Part shown: positions 19,233 to 28,670 of the stretch, one piece after another
How positions within the stretch are numbered: the stretch's first letter is position 1
Layout of the letters: each line of letters starts with the position of its first letter
Assembly: GCA_963815095.1 (NCBI GenBank)
Contig: CAWFFH010000005.1
Location: 64,001-128,000 of the forward strand
DNA length: 64,000 bases
DNA from: Candidatus Bathyarchaeota archaeon
GTDB lineage: Archaea > Thermoproteota > Bathyarchaeia > Bathyarchaeales > Bathycorpusculaceae
Direction of reading: 5' to 3'
Translations under genes and position numbers: made by a program
The notes under the pieces: model-generated
Database searches by the model: none
What the model was told of the DNA's origin: nothing
The model's input: the letters and a program-made list of their open reading frames with translations, nothing else

Positions 19233-20180
19233 ATGAGCAGCTGCGAAAAAGCTCAACATATCTCAAGATGCCTCCAACTGGCGATAATGCTGGAAGTCAG
19301 CAGCCAAAAACCGGGCAACGTCAGCTTTACCTCTAGCTTTGAGGGAACAAGGGTGGAGCATTTTTTAGCTTCAGCTGTTGCTGCGGGTCCAACTTTTCAA
19401 GAAGCTGCTTACCTTGGAACTTCGGTGGCGGAGAGCAGGCTTGAGGTTGGCAAGGTCGGCGTTGGTGGGCTCATTAAGGATTGTGCTATGGATGTTAATG
19501 CTTGGCAGAGGGGTGGAAACACTATTCTGGGCACGGTTATGCTGTTTGTTCCCATAGCGGTTGCGGCTGGTATGACATCGAGTAAAGAAGGCTACGTTTT
19601 TGATTTCAAGAAAATGCGAAAGAACATCGACTTAGCCGTTAAATCCACATCTGCGTGGGATTCGGTTCACCTCTACGAAGCAGTCGACATAGCTAATCCC
19701 AGCGGACTTGGTGATGCACCAGACCTCGACGTAACCGACCCCGCCTCCAAAGAGCGCCTGCTAAAAGAGAATGTAAGTTTGTTTGAGGTTTTCAAAATCG
19801 CCTCAAGCTACGACGATATCTGCTACGAATGGGTCAACAATTACCCAATAACTTTCGATTTAGCATACCCCTACCTGTTGGGTCAGCTCAAAAGCAAACC
19901 CCTCAACACTGCAGTCGTCCAAACTTTCCTAAAAATCCTCTCCGAACGCCCAGACACTTTCATAGCACGAAAGGCAAGCAAAGAAAAATCGCTTGAAGTA
20001 TCCTCAGAGGCTAAAGAGATACTGGAATTAGGCGGCTTGGAAACTGCTAAAGGAAGAAAGAGTCTTGCAGAATTCGACAAAAAACTCCGCATAAAAGGTA
20101 ACTCATGCAATCCTGGCACAACAGCCGATTTAACAGCGGCGGCTTTGGCACTCTGTACCCTAAGTGGATATAGACCCTAA
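19233..20180 (+). CDS. citG: CitG-family triphosphoribosyl transferase (archaeal/H4MPT-linked Orf7 type)
   Basis: LEVS..KPGNV, NT.LG..ML, PDTFIARK, NPGTTADL.AA. Confidence 0.85.
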   Translation: MSSCEKAQHISRCLQLAIMLEVSSQKPGNVSFTSSFEGTRVEHFLASAVAAGPTFQEAAYLGTSVAESRLEVGKVGVGGLIKDCAMDVNAWQRGGNTILGTVMLFVPIAVAAGMTSSKEGYVFDFKKMRKNIDLAVKSTSAWDSVHLYEAVDIANPSGLGDAPDLDVTDPASKERLLKENVSLFEVFKIASSYDDICYEWVNNYPITFDLAYPYLLGQLKSKPLNTAVVQTFLKILSERPDTFIARKASKEKSLEVSSEAKEILELGGLETAKGRKSLAEFDKKLRIKGNSCNPGTTADLTAAALALCTLSGYRP

Positions 20181-20389
20181 GCTCTCTTCAACAAGCATTC
20201 GATTTGAAAAACACCAATAGGGATCTACCCGTCTATTATTTCTACAGAGGATACAAACATGATTCTATCTTCTGTTTTAAGTGTGCAAAGAAATCAATTA
20301 AGCTTAAAACTGTCAAAATAGGAAATGTGCAGCGTTAACTTTAATATTTAAAGCCATAAAGCATTAAGGTACTCCAAAGGTGAAAAGTT

Positions 20390-21355
20390 ATGGGAAATGC
20401 GTTAAGCGTAAATCAAATGGCTTGGAACATAGCTCAAAAATTTATTGATAACCCAGAATTTTACGGTATAACCGTTTCAAAATCAACTACGGGCGCCACA
20501 ATAGTTGATGCAGGCGTAGAAGCATCGGGCGGCTTTCAGGCAGGAAAAAAACTAACCGAATTATGCATGGGCGGAGCCGGCAAAGCACAGTTAGGCTTCA
20601 AAACTTATGGGGACTTGACATTTCCATCAATTACTGTTTCCTCAGACCATCCAGCGATTGCCATGTTGGGCTCGCAGTTTGCAGGATGGCGCATCAAAGA
20701 ACCAGACGGCAATATAGCTATTGGTTCCGGACCAGTCCGGGCGTTAGCACTTAAACCAAAAGACGTTTTCGAAGAAATAGCATACAAAGACGTAAGCGAC
20801 AAAGCTGTCATCACCTTGGAGAGCAATGTTTTGCCATCTGACGCTTTAATAGAAAAGGTTACGGTGGCAAGTGGCATTTCTGCCCCAAATCTGATCGTTG
20901 TGGTAGCTCCGACCGCAAGTATGGCAGGGTTAACGCAGGTCGCTGGCAGAGTGGTTGAAGTAGGCATTCACAAGCTGAAAACTTTAGGTTTAAGTCCAAA
21001 AGTTATCCGTTACGCGATGGGTTATGCGCCTATTCCACCAGTTGGCATGGATTTTGAGGTTGCGATGGCACGCACCAACGATGCTATACTCTACGGAGGA
21101 ACTGTTTACTTGACTGTTGACTATGATGATGAATCCGCATTGCAAAACATGGTTAATCAAGCTCCATCACTGGCGTCCAAGGATTACGGCAAACCGTTTC
21201 TGCAGATTTTCCGCGAAGCCGACAAAGATTTCTACAAAATCGACCATGGCTTATTCGCCCCTGCAATCCTAATAATTAACAACGCCAAAACAGGGCGAAC
21301 TTTCAAGGCAGGACAAATAAACCCTAAGGTATTAGCTCAATCCTTAGGATTCTAA
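20390..21355 (+). CDS. mch: Methenyl-tetrahydromethanopterin cyclohydrolase
   Basis: LSVN, DAGV, CMGG, GSQFAGW, GSGP.RALA.KP, APTAS.AG..Q..GRVVE, RTND..LYGG, DFYKID..LFAP. Confidence 0.95.
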   Translation: MGNALSVNQMAWNIAQKFIDNPEFYGITVSKSTTGATIVDAGVEASGGFQAGKKLTELCMGGAGKAQLGFKTYGDLTFPSITVSSDHPAIAMLGSQFAGWRIKEPDGNIAIGSGPVRALALKPKDVFEEIAYKDVSDKAVITLESNVLPSDALIEKVTVASGISAPNLIVVVAPTASMAGLTQVAGRVVEVGIHKLKTLGLSPKVIRYAMGYAPIPPVGMDFEVAMARTNDAILYGGTVYLTVDYDDESALQNMVNQAPSLASKDYGKPFLQIFREADKDFYKIDHGLFAPAILIINNAKTGRTFKAGQINPKVLAQSLGF

Positions 21356-21362
21356 ATTTTTC

Positions 21363-21992
21363 TTATTTTTGGGTGTTTGGTATCGGGCATTTTTCTATTT
21401 GTGGCATTGTTAAGTGGAGGACTTTTTGAACTCTTTGTGCGACTATCCACCCTATAGGAATTGTATATAGTGCGAGTGTTGCGTTGAAGAAGGCGGCAAA
21501 TGGAAGATAAGCGACTGTTGCATCTACAGGGAATGAGAAACCGATTGGTGAAGGCTGAGGAAGGGCTAAGAGCAGAACAACTGACATGAATGCTACTCTA
21601 GTTATGATTCCTAATGTTGTTGCGATTCCTGCCCATTTGGCTTTTGAGAGTATGTTTGTGTCTGGGTTTTTTGAGCAGAAGAACCTTTTTCCGACTGCTA
21701 CTGCCGAAAAAATTCCAACTTGCATGGACAAGGTTGCAGCCAGATTGTAGAGCGGTCCTGTAGGTAGAACGCCTGGGAAAATGGCGAATAGAACTGCTGT
21801 GTTTAGCAAGGATACTCCTAGTCCAGCTGCAGGGCTTATTATTAAGAAGGCGATTACGATGGGGATTTCCCATATTTGGTAGAAAAGCCCTTGTGCAAAG
21901 GGGGCTTGGAGGCTGATGAAGGTGAATGTTGGGTTTAACGCAATTGCTACTGCGGCAAACACTATGGTTAATGTGAGTTTTTTGGTGTTCAC
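21363..21992 (-). CDS. ECF transporter S component, substrate unknown
   Basis: About 200 aa, 5-6 TM, APF...L.YQIWEIP motif, FNAT.ALY. Confidence 0.7.
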   Translation of the reverse strand: MNTKKLTLTIVFAAVAIALNPTFTFISLQAPFAQGLFYQIWEIPIVIAFLIISPAAGLGVSLLNTAVLFAIFPGVLPTGPLYNLAATLSMQVGIFSAVAVGKRFFCSKNPDTNILSKAKWAGIATTLGIITRVAFMSVVLLLALPQPSPIGFSFPVDATVAYLPFAAFFNATLALYTIPIGWIVAQRVQKVLHLTMPQIEKCPIPNTQK

Positions 21993-22117
21993 TTTTTTCC
22001 CTTGCTGTTTGATACAATACTGCTACCTATTTAAGAGTAACTACCCAAAAATAGGTTGGTGAATTGGGCTAAAATTGATAAACAAGCCAACACAACTTAT
22101 CCTAAAGTGAAGAAGTA

Positions 22118-23371
22118 TTGACCGAATCAACCCTCAAGTTTGCATCTTCAGAAGAAATTAAACGTTGGCTTGAAAACCAAACCAGCTCCACCCTCACACC
22201 CGTACATGCCCAAGCCAAAAAACTACGCGACGAAATGAACTCTTCAATCCAAGCCGTCGCCGAAGTTAGCAAACAGCTCTTTGATACAAGTTCCAAAGAA
22301 ATCGAAAAAAGGAACATGAAAGTTTACAACCGCGCCAGAGCCCTAAACAAACTTGCCAGACTATTCCTCGATCGCCTCAAAAAACTCAATCCTCCCGAAC
22401 AAGTCTCCTACGAGAGCATGAGCAGGTACGTTCAGGAAACACAAAAAGTCCTATTGGTAACTGATATAGACATCAAGAATTGGTTTCCAAGAATTTCACC
22501 ATTTTTCATTATGGATAGACGAAAATTCTTAGCAGTGTACGAGCGAGCCAAACAATCCTACAACACTCTAAACGATTACCTCACAAAGGAGTATGTTAAA
22601 ACAAAAACTTTGGAAGAGGCCCTCCAACAAATCAACGAATTGAAAAATGTAGAAAAACAGTTAGTCATACTTGGCGAAGAAAAAGAAACCATAAAGAACG
22701 AGCGCAAACCAATCGAGCAAGACATTGCCGCTTTAGAGGAAAAAATCAATGAGCTCAAATGCAAAGGACCAATCGACAAACTTAACATGGTTAGCTGTGA
22801 GATTGAATCCTTAAGCAGCGAATTGAAACATGAGCTTAGGCACTTGCAGAAACCCTTCATCAAAATGCAAGCCTTAGCCATAGGGGGCGGCGGCGGAGGA
22901 ATAACACCCGACGAACTAAACAAGATAAACCAGTACCTCGAGAAGCCTTTTGATGCGTTCGTGTCCGAGAAATTGGGGTATCCACAGTTGAAGGAGATTT
23001 TGCAGAAGCTTGAGGAGATGATAGCTGAGGATAAGCTGAAGTTGAAGCCTGAGAAGGCTCGGAAAGCGACTGATTCCGTGGCTGAGATTCTGCATAAGGA
23101 TTCTTTAGGGAAACTGCAGCTAAGATGCATTGAAATGGCGACGAATAAGGAGCAGTTGTTGGCGTCGGCGAAGATGGATGAAATTAATCAGAACCTGGCA
23201 CAATTCCAAGAACAAGTCGATCAACTAAAAGCTAGAAAAACAAGCGTAGAAACACACGAAGCCGTCAAAGAAAACGCCTACAAAGAATCTGAAGACAAAA
23301 TTAGCAGCCTTAAACGCACCATCGAGAAAAACGTCTATAGTTCAATCGACAAAAAAATCCAAATCACATAA
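22118..23371 (+). CDS. Long coiled-coil hypothetical protein
   Basis: 417-aa E/K-rich helical ORF upstream of pheS; no NTPase motif. Confidence 0.75.
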   Translation: MTESTLKFASSEEIKRWLENQTSSTLTPVHAQAKKLRDEMNSSIQAVAEVSKQLFDTSSKEIEKRNMKVYNRARALNKLARLFLDRLKKLNPPEQVSYESMSRYVQETQKVLLVTDIDIKNWFPRISPFFIMDRRKFLAVYERAKQSYNTLNDYLTKEYVKTKTLEEALQQINELKNVEKQLVILGEEKETIKNERKPIEQDIAALEEKINELKCKGPIDKLNMVSCEIESLSSELKHELRHLQKPFIKMQALAIGGGGGGITPDELNKINQYLEKPFDAFVSEKLGYPQLKEILQKLEEMIAEDKLKLKPEKARKATDSVAEILHKDSLGKLQLRCIEMATNKEQLLASAKMDEINQNLAQFQEQVDQLKARKTSVETHEAVKENAYKESEDKISSLKRTIEKNVYSSIDKKIQIT

Positions 23372-23457
23372 GCTCCTATAATTTGGGTTTATCAGCATGC
23401 TTTTATTTCTGTAGCAACTATCCAGTAAACAAAATTACTGCGTTGAAGGCAAACGTG

Positions 23458-25008
23458 ATGGCTGAACTTAGAACCCAAGAACAACAAGTACTCGCAGCAT
23501 TGGAATCTCTCGGAGGAAGCGCAACCGTAGACCAAATAATCCAAACCTGCCAAATCCAAGACACAGCAGTCATGCGCACCGCCTTAACCCTCCAAGAAAA
23601 AAACCTTATCGTTATTAAAGCAAAAATTCAAAATATCATCAAACTAACCCCAGAAGGAGAAAAATACGCCAAAGATGGCCTGCCTGAACGCAATCTTATC
23701 CTTGCCATCGCAGAACTCGGTGGATCAGCAGACCTTCAAACAGCCGCCAAAAAAGCCAATTTACCAACAGAAATCACTCAAATCGCCCTCGGATGGATTA
23801 TGAGAAAAAAATGGGCAACCTACACGCCTCAAAACAACACCCTTCGCATCACTGAAGCACTTTTGCACCAAACAACTATTCCTGAAGGATGCGAGGAAAC
23901 CCTTCTGAAGTACCTTGAGAATAAAAAAAAGGAAGCCCAAGAAGTCCTCAGCCCAGAACTCCAACAGGCAACCGAACAACTAAAAAAACGAAAGCTCCTC
24001 ACAATCGAACCCAAAACAACACGAACGCTCCAAATCACCCCAGAAGGAAAAACAATCACGAAAACCAGGTCCGATAATATCGTCTCAAGTGCAACTATCA
24101 AACCAATTATTACCCAACTCAAACCTCAGGATATAATTAATGGAACTTGGCGCAATTCCGAACTTCAAAAATACAATATACAAGCGCCAGTCACCAAAAC
24201 ATGGGGTGGCAAAAAGCATCCATATCTGCAATTTCTCGATGAAGTCCGCGCGAAGTTGGTTCAGTTAGGATTTAAAGAGATGACTGGAACAGCTGTTGAA
24301 ACAGGCTTCTTCAACTTTGACGCTCTCTATGTGCCCCAAGACCATCCAGCACGGGAAGCAAGCGACATCTATTACATTAAAGACCCACAATGTGGAGACA
24401 TCAGCCAACATGCCAAAATAATAGAACACGTGAAGGAAGCTCACGAAAACGGCTGGAAAACAGGCTCCACTGGCTGGGGATACAAATACTCGCTAGCAAC
24501 CGCCCAACGCTTACTGCTTCGAGGACATGGTACATGTCTGAGCGCCAGAACTCTTGAAGCGGGCAACTTTGAAGTGCCAAGCAAACATTTCTCCATTGCA
24601 CGCGTTTACCGCCCTGAAATCACTGACAAAACTCACCTCTCAGAATTCAACCAAGTTGAAGGTATAGTAATCGACAAAAACCTCAACCTAAAAGATCTCC
24701 TCGGTGTGTTGGGCAAGTTCGCGATGGAAATTGCCGGAGCCGACAAAATCCGCTTCAAGCCAGACTATTTCCCATTTACTGAACCCAGTGTTGAACTCAG
24801 CGCCTACAAAGAAGGTTACGGCTGGGTCGAATTTGGCGGTTCAGGAATTTTCCGTCCCGAAGTCACAATGCCACTAGGGGTAAAGGAACCCGTGATTGCT
24901 TGGGGGTTGGGAGTGGATCGTTTGTTTATGATGCGTGCAGGCATCGAGGATATTCGCATGATTTTTAGCCAAGACCTCAGTTGGCTAAGAAAAAAACAGG
25001 TGACCTAA
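23458..25008 (+). CDS. pheS: Phenylalanine-tRNA ligase alpha subunit
   Basis: NFDALYVPQDHPAR, EFNQVEG, YFPFTEPSVE, GIFRPEV, AWGLGVDRL; archaeal N-terminal wHTH domains. Confidence 0.97.
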   Translation: MAELRTQEQQVLAALESLGGSATVDQIIQTCQIQDTAVMRTALTLQEKNLIVIKAKIQNIIKLTPEGEKYAKDGLPERNLILAIAELGGSADLQTAAKKANLPTEITQIALGWIMRKKWATYTPQNNTLRITEALLHQTTIPEGCEETLLKYLENKKKEAQEVLSPELQQATEQLKKRKLLTIEPKTTRTLQITPEGKTITKTRSDNIVSSATIKPIITQLKPQDIINGTWRNSELQKYNIQAPVTKTWGGKKHPYLQFLDEVRAKLVQLGFKEMTGTAVETGFFNFDALYVPQDHPAREASDIYYIKDPQCGDISQHAKIIEHVKEAHENGWKTGSTGWGYKYSLATAQRLLLRGHGTCLSARTLEAGNFEVPSKHFSIARVYRPEITDKTHLSEFNQVEGIVIDKNLNLKDLLGVLGKFAMEIAGADKIRFKPDYFPFTEPSVELSAYKEGYGWVEFGGSGIFRPEVTMPLGVKEPVIAWGLGVDRLFMMRAGIEDIRMIFSQDLSWLRKKQVT

Positions 25009-26715
25009 ATGCCCACAATCGACATAGATTACGCTGAACTTGAACGCTTACTTAACATGAAATTGAATGGTGACATGGCAAAACTCGACGATATCCTTGC
25101 TTTTGTCAAAGCTGAAGTCAAAGCATTTAACGAAAAAGAGAACTCAGTTAGTATTGAAATGAAGGATACTGCACGTGCTGACCTCTGGAGTGTTGAAGGT
25201 TTAAACCGAGCATTGCAGGGCTACATCAAACAAACAAAAGGAATAAAACAATACACAGTGGGGAAATCAGTCCTTGAAGTCAATGTTAATGCCCAACTTT
25301 ACAATATTCGCCCTTACATTTGCTGCTCCGTAATCAAAGGCATTCATCTTTCTGACAGCGTTATTAAAGGCATTATGCACTTGCAAGACAAGCTCGATCA
25401 AACCAATGGTAGAAGTCGCCAAAAAACCTCAATAGGCATTTACAATTTGGATCTTATCAAGCCGCCCATTGAATACACTGCTGTTAAGCCTAAGGATGTG
25501 CGTTTTGTTCCGTTGGGTTTTTCAGATCAAATGGGTTTGGATGAAATCTTGGAAAAGCATCCTAAAGGAGTCGAGTATGGGCATATAGTCAAGAAGAACC
25601 CACTCTACCCGATGCTGTTTGACTGTGAAGGTAAAGTGCTCTCGTTCCCCCCAATCATAAACTCGAACGATTTGGGCAAAATCACTGAGCAATCATGCAA
25701 CTTGCTGGTTGAAGTTACGGGGACTTTGTATAAGACAGTCTTGAACACGTTGAATCTGGTTACTTTAGCGTTGATTGACCGAGGCGGCAAAGCCTTCAGT
25801 GCCACAGTGCACTACCCACAAAAATCCAATTACACAGAAGAAACAGTTGTTACTCCTAACTTTGATAACAAACGATTCCAGCTAATTGTTGAGGATACCA
25901 ACCGCCTTTTGGGCTTAAAGCTGAATGCTACAGAGATTGGTGATTTGTTATTGACTGCTGGATTGGGCGTGGAGAACATTTCAGATGAAGCTCTCACGGT
26001 TCTGGTTCCATGTTACCGTGTTGACGTTATGCATCAAGTGGACATAATCGAGGATGTCGCCATTGCATACGGCTACAACAACATTGAGCCAATATGGCGT
26101 GACCTGCCCACAACTGGCGCTGCAAAGCCTGACCAACCCTTCATTGATGTAGCTCGGGAATTAATGGTTGGACTTGGCTACCAAGAAACCCTCAACACCA
26201 CACTAACCAACCAGGAAACCCTCTTCAAGAAAATGAACGCCGAACCAACCAAAATCATCGAGTTATCTAACCCAAAAATAGTAACCATGACCTGCTTGCG
26301 CAATACGCTATTGCCGAGCCTCATGGAGTTCCTCAGTGTTAACCAATCTGTAGAGTTCCCTCAAAAAATCTTCGAACTAGGCAAAGTTACTTTGCCAGAC
26401 CAAACAAGGGAAACCCAGACACGAGATGAAGATTGGCTATCAGGAGTAACAGCACATCCAAATGCGAATTTCAGTGAAATCAAATCTGCTTTAGACTCGT
26501 TCATGGGCAACTTTGGCGTGGAATGGACAATAAAAGATACTGCTCACCCAAGTTTCATCCAAGGCAGAACCGGCACCGTCATAGTTGATGGTTCTGAAGT
26601 TGGCATTGTTGGAGAAGTTAATCCTGTGGTTCTTGAAGCTTGGAAACTTGAGAATCCTGTGGCGGCGTTTGAAGTTAATTTCAAGAAAATTCTTGAAAAA
26701 AAATTGCTAAAATAA
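25009..26715 (+). CDS. pheT: Phenylalanine-tRNA ligase beta subunit
   Basis: RADLWSVEG, LQDKL, SFPPIINS, VPCYRVDVMHQVDIIEDVAIAYGY. Confidence 0.97.
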   Translation: MPTIDIDYAELERLLNMKLNGDMAKLDDILAFVKAEVKAFNEKENSVSIEMKDTARADLWSVEGLNRALQGYIKQTKGIKQYTVGKSVLEVNVNAQLYNIRPYICCSVIKGIHLSDSVIKGIMHLQDKLDQTNGRSRQKTSIGIYNLDLIKPPIEYTAVKPKDVRFVPLGFSDQMGLDEILEKHPKGVEYGHIVKKNPLYPMLFDCEGKVLSFPPIINSNDLGKITEQSCNLLVEVTGTLYKTVLNTLNLVTLALIDRGGKAFSATVHYPQKSNYTEETVVTPNFDNKRFQLIVEDTNRLLGLKLNATEIGDLLLTAGLGVENISDEALTVLVPCYRVDVMHQVDIIEDVAIAYGYNNIEPIWRDLPTTGAAKPDQPFIDVARELMVGLGYQETLNTTLTNQETLFKKMNAEPTKIIELSNPKIVTMTCLRNTLLPSLMEFLSVNQSVEFPQKIFELGKVTLPDQTRETQTRDEDWLSGVTAHPNANFSEIKSALDSFMGNFGVEWTIKDTAHPSFIQGRTGTVIVDGSEVGIVGEVNPVVLEAWKLENPVAAFEVNFKKILEKKLLK

Positions 26716-26725
26716 AGCTTAACTG

Positions 26726-27520
26726 CTAGAACCATGAGAGGGTTCCGTTTTTCCTAGCAGTTTTCAAGCACCAAGAATAAGCTAGGTAACCGACAGGGAG
26801 AATTATGGCGCACATCAAACCCAAAATGGCGAGGTCGGGCAGAATCGCTGTTATGGCTTGTCCAATTAGCATGGGTCGGATGCAGGTAAAGAAGTAGTAT
26901 TGTGGCACAAAGAAGCTGATTATCTGAAGTGGGAGCGGCATTACGGATATTGGGAAGAGTACGTTTCCAAAGAGGTTGGTGGCGAGCGTGATAATTGTTG
27001 TAACTGGGTCGCCCTGCTTTGTTAAAATCAAGACTCCGGCACCTATCATGCTGAACCCGATGAATGTCCCAATACCCAATCCCACAACTATGATGGTTCC
27101 GATAATGTTGACGCTTAAGATAACGCCGAAGGCGAAAACGCCAACCGACAAATAAATAACAATGACAAGAGTGCTCCAGATGAAGCCCCAAAGCGAACTG
27201 CCCACAATAAAAGTAACCAATCCAGTGGGTGAAACCAACACTTCCTCAAGACTCCAGGGGTTAATTGTTCGCTGAACAAGCGTGAGACTCTGCGACAAAT
27301 ATGTGTTAAAGGCAAGTCCAATTAACAGGTAAGTCACCACGGGCATCCCCAGATTCGCCACGCTTGGCATGGAGGCATTCGCACCCCAAAAAGCATATGA
27401 TAACGCTCCGAAAAGGGCGCTTACAACGCTAAGCAGGATGTTTGTTTTGTAAGTCGAGAACGAAATGATGTCGCGCTTCATGAAGTAGTAAATTTTGTCC
27501 AATTCCTGCGTCAACGTCAT
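26726..27520 (-). CDS. ABC-2 type exporter permease
   Basis: Six TM helices, LEEVLVSP, FPISVMP..LQ. Confidence 0.85.
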   Translation of the reverse strand: MTLTQELDKIYYFMKRDIISFSTYKTNILLSVVSALFGALSYAFWGANASMPSVANLGMPVVTYLLIGLAFNTYLSQSLTLVQRTINPWSLEEVLVSPTGLVTFIVGSSLWGFIWSTLVIVIYLSVGVFAFGVILSVNIIGTIIVVGLGIGTFIGFSMIGAGVLILTKQGDPVTTIITLATNLFGNVLFPISVMPLPLQIISFFVPQYYFFTCIRPMLIGQAITAILPDLAILGLMCAIILPVGYLAYSWCLKTARKNGTLSWF

Positions 27521-28533
27521 CGACTTACACCTGTCCCTGTCAACTCGATGAAGGCATCCTCCAATGTAGGCTCCTCTTGGCGGAAGTTAACAAGCTTTAT
27601 TTTCTCGTGGAAAAAGAATTCTAACACCATCGGCAAGGCATCTGCATTCTCCAAACGCACCCGAAGCCGCGTCTGCCCAAGAACTGAATCCTGCACTTCT
27701 GAAGCTAAACCCACAACGCCATCCAGACCCCGCAGACTATTCACCTGCGCCTCAGACATGTTCTTAACTACGATGTCGGCGACTTCACCCTTCTTTGCCA
27801 TTCCCTTAAGGGCGTTGGGGGTGTCCAAAGCTACGATTTTGCCCTTGTTCATTATGCCTACGCGGTCGCACATTTGGGAAACCTCTTCGATGTAATGGGT
27901 GGTGTAGAGAACGGTTTTGCCATGTTTTTTGCTGAGGTCGTTTTTTATGAAATCTCTGATGTTTCGTGACGATGTAACGTCTAAGCCTGTAGTAGGCTCA
28001 TCCAACAAAAGAATTGGCGGGTCAGCCAGCAAAGCCCTAGCTAAGGCAAGCTTTCTTTTCATCCCGCCCGAGTATTTCTGAAAAACCTCAAATGCCTTTT
28101 CTTGCATCCCCACTAGCTCCAGCACTTCCATGATTCGCTCGTGTCTGCCGTTTCGGGGGACATTGTTTATGGCAGCGAAGAATTCTAAGTTGCTAAAGCC
28201 GGTTAGCCTCCAGAAGAAGCCGCGTTCGCCTACGCTGAAAATGGTGCCGATTGACTGCTTTACTTGCATCTGTTGCTTAGCAACATCAAAGCCGTTTACA
28301 GTGGCTGTCCCGCTGTCAGGAGGTAACAGGGTGCAGAGCATTTTCACTAAGGTTGTTTTGCCTGCTCCGTTAGGACCTAGAAGCCCGAAGAGTTCACCTT
28401 TTTTTACGTTTAGGTTAAGGTTGTCTACGGCGTTAACAGAGAACGATTTGTGTTTGAAGAGGCTGGTGTTTGGGGTTTTAGTTTTGTATATCTTTGTCAG
28501 GTTGATTGTTTGAATGGCGAGCTCGTTTTGCAA
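27517..28533 (-). CDS. ABC exporter ATP-binding protein (DrrA-like)
   Basis: GPNGAGKTT, YSGGMK, LLLDEPT, TTHY, EPTLEDAF; likely TTG start at 28533. Confidence 0.9.
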   Translation of the reverse strand: MQNELAIQTINLTKIYKTKTPNTSLFKHKSFSVNAVDNLNLNVKKGELFGLLGPNGAGKTTLVKMLCTLLPPDSGTATVNGFDVAKQQMQVKQSIGTIFSVGERGFFWRLTGFSNLEFFAAINNVPRNGRHERIMEVLELVGMQEKAFEVFQKYSGGMKRKLALARALLADPPILLLDEPTTGLDVTSSRNIRDFIKNDLSKKHGKTVLYTTHYIEEVSQMCDRVGIMNKGKIVALDTPNALKGMAKKGEVADIVVKNMSEAQVNSLRGLDGVVGLASEVQDSVLGQTRLRVRLENADALPMVLEFFFHEKIKLVNFRQEEPTLEDAFIELTGTGVSR

Positions 28534-28670
28534 CCTTAAACCCCTTTTTAATGCATCAATATGTTTGAGAAAAATTCTTGCAAGTTTTGTTAGCGTTAAA
28601 GGCAATTAAGCATTTCTGCTTTCACTTCAAAAAAAATTGTTAGTTAAAATAAGGGAAAAATGGGATCGAT

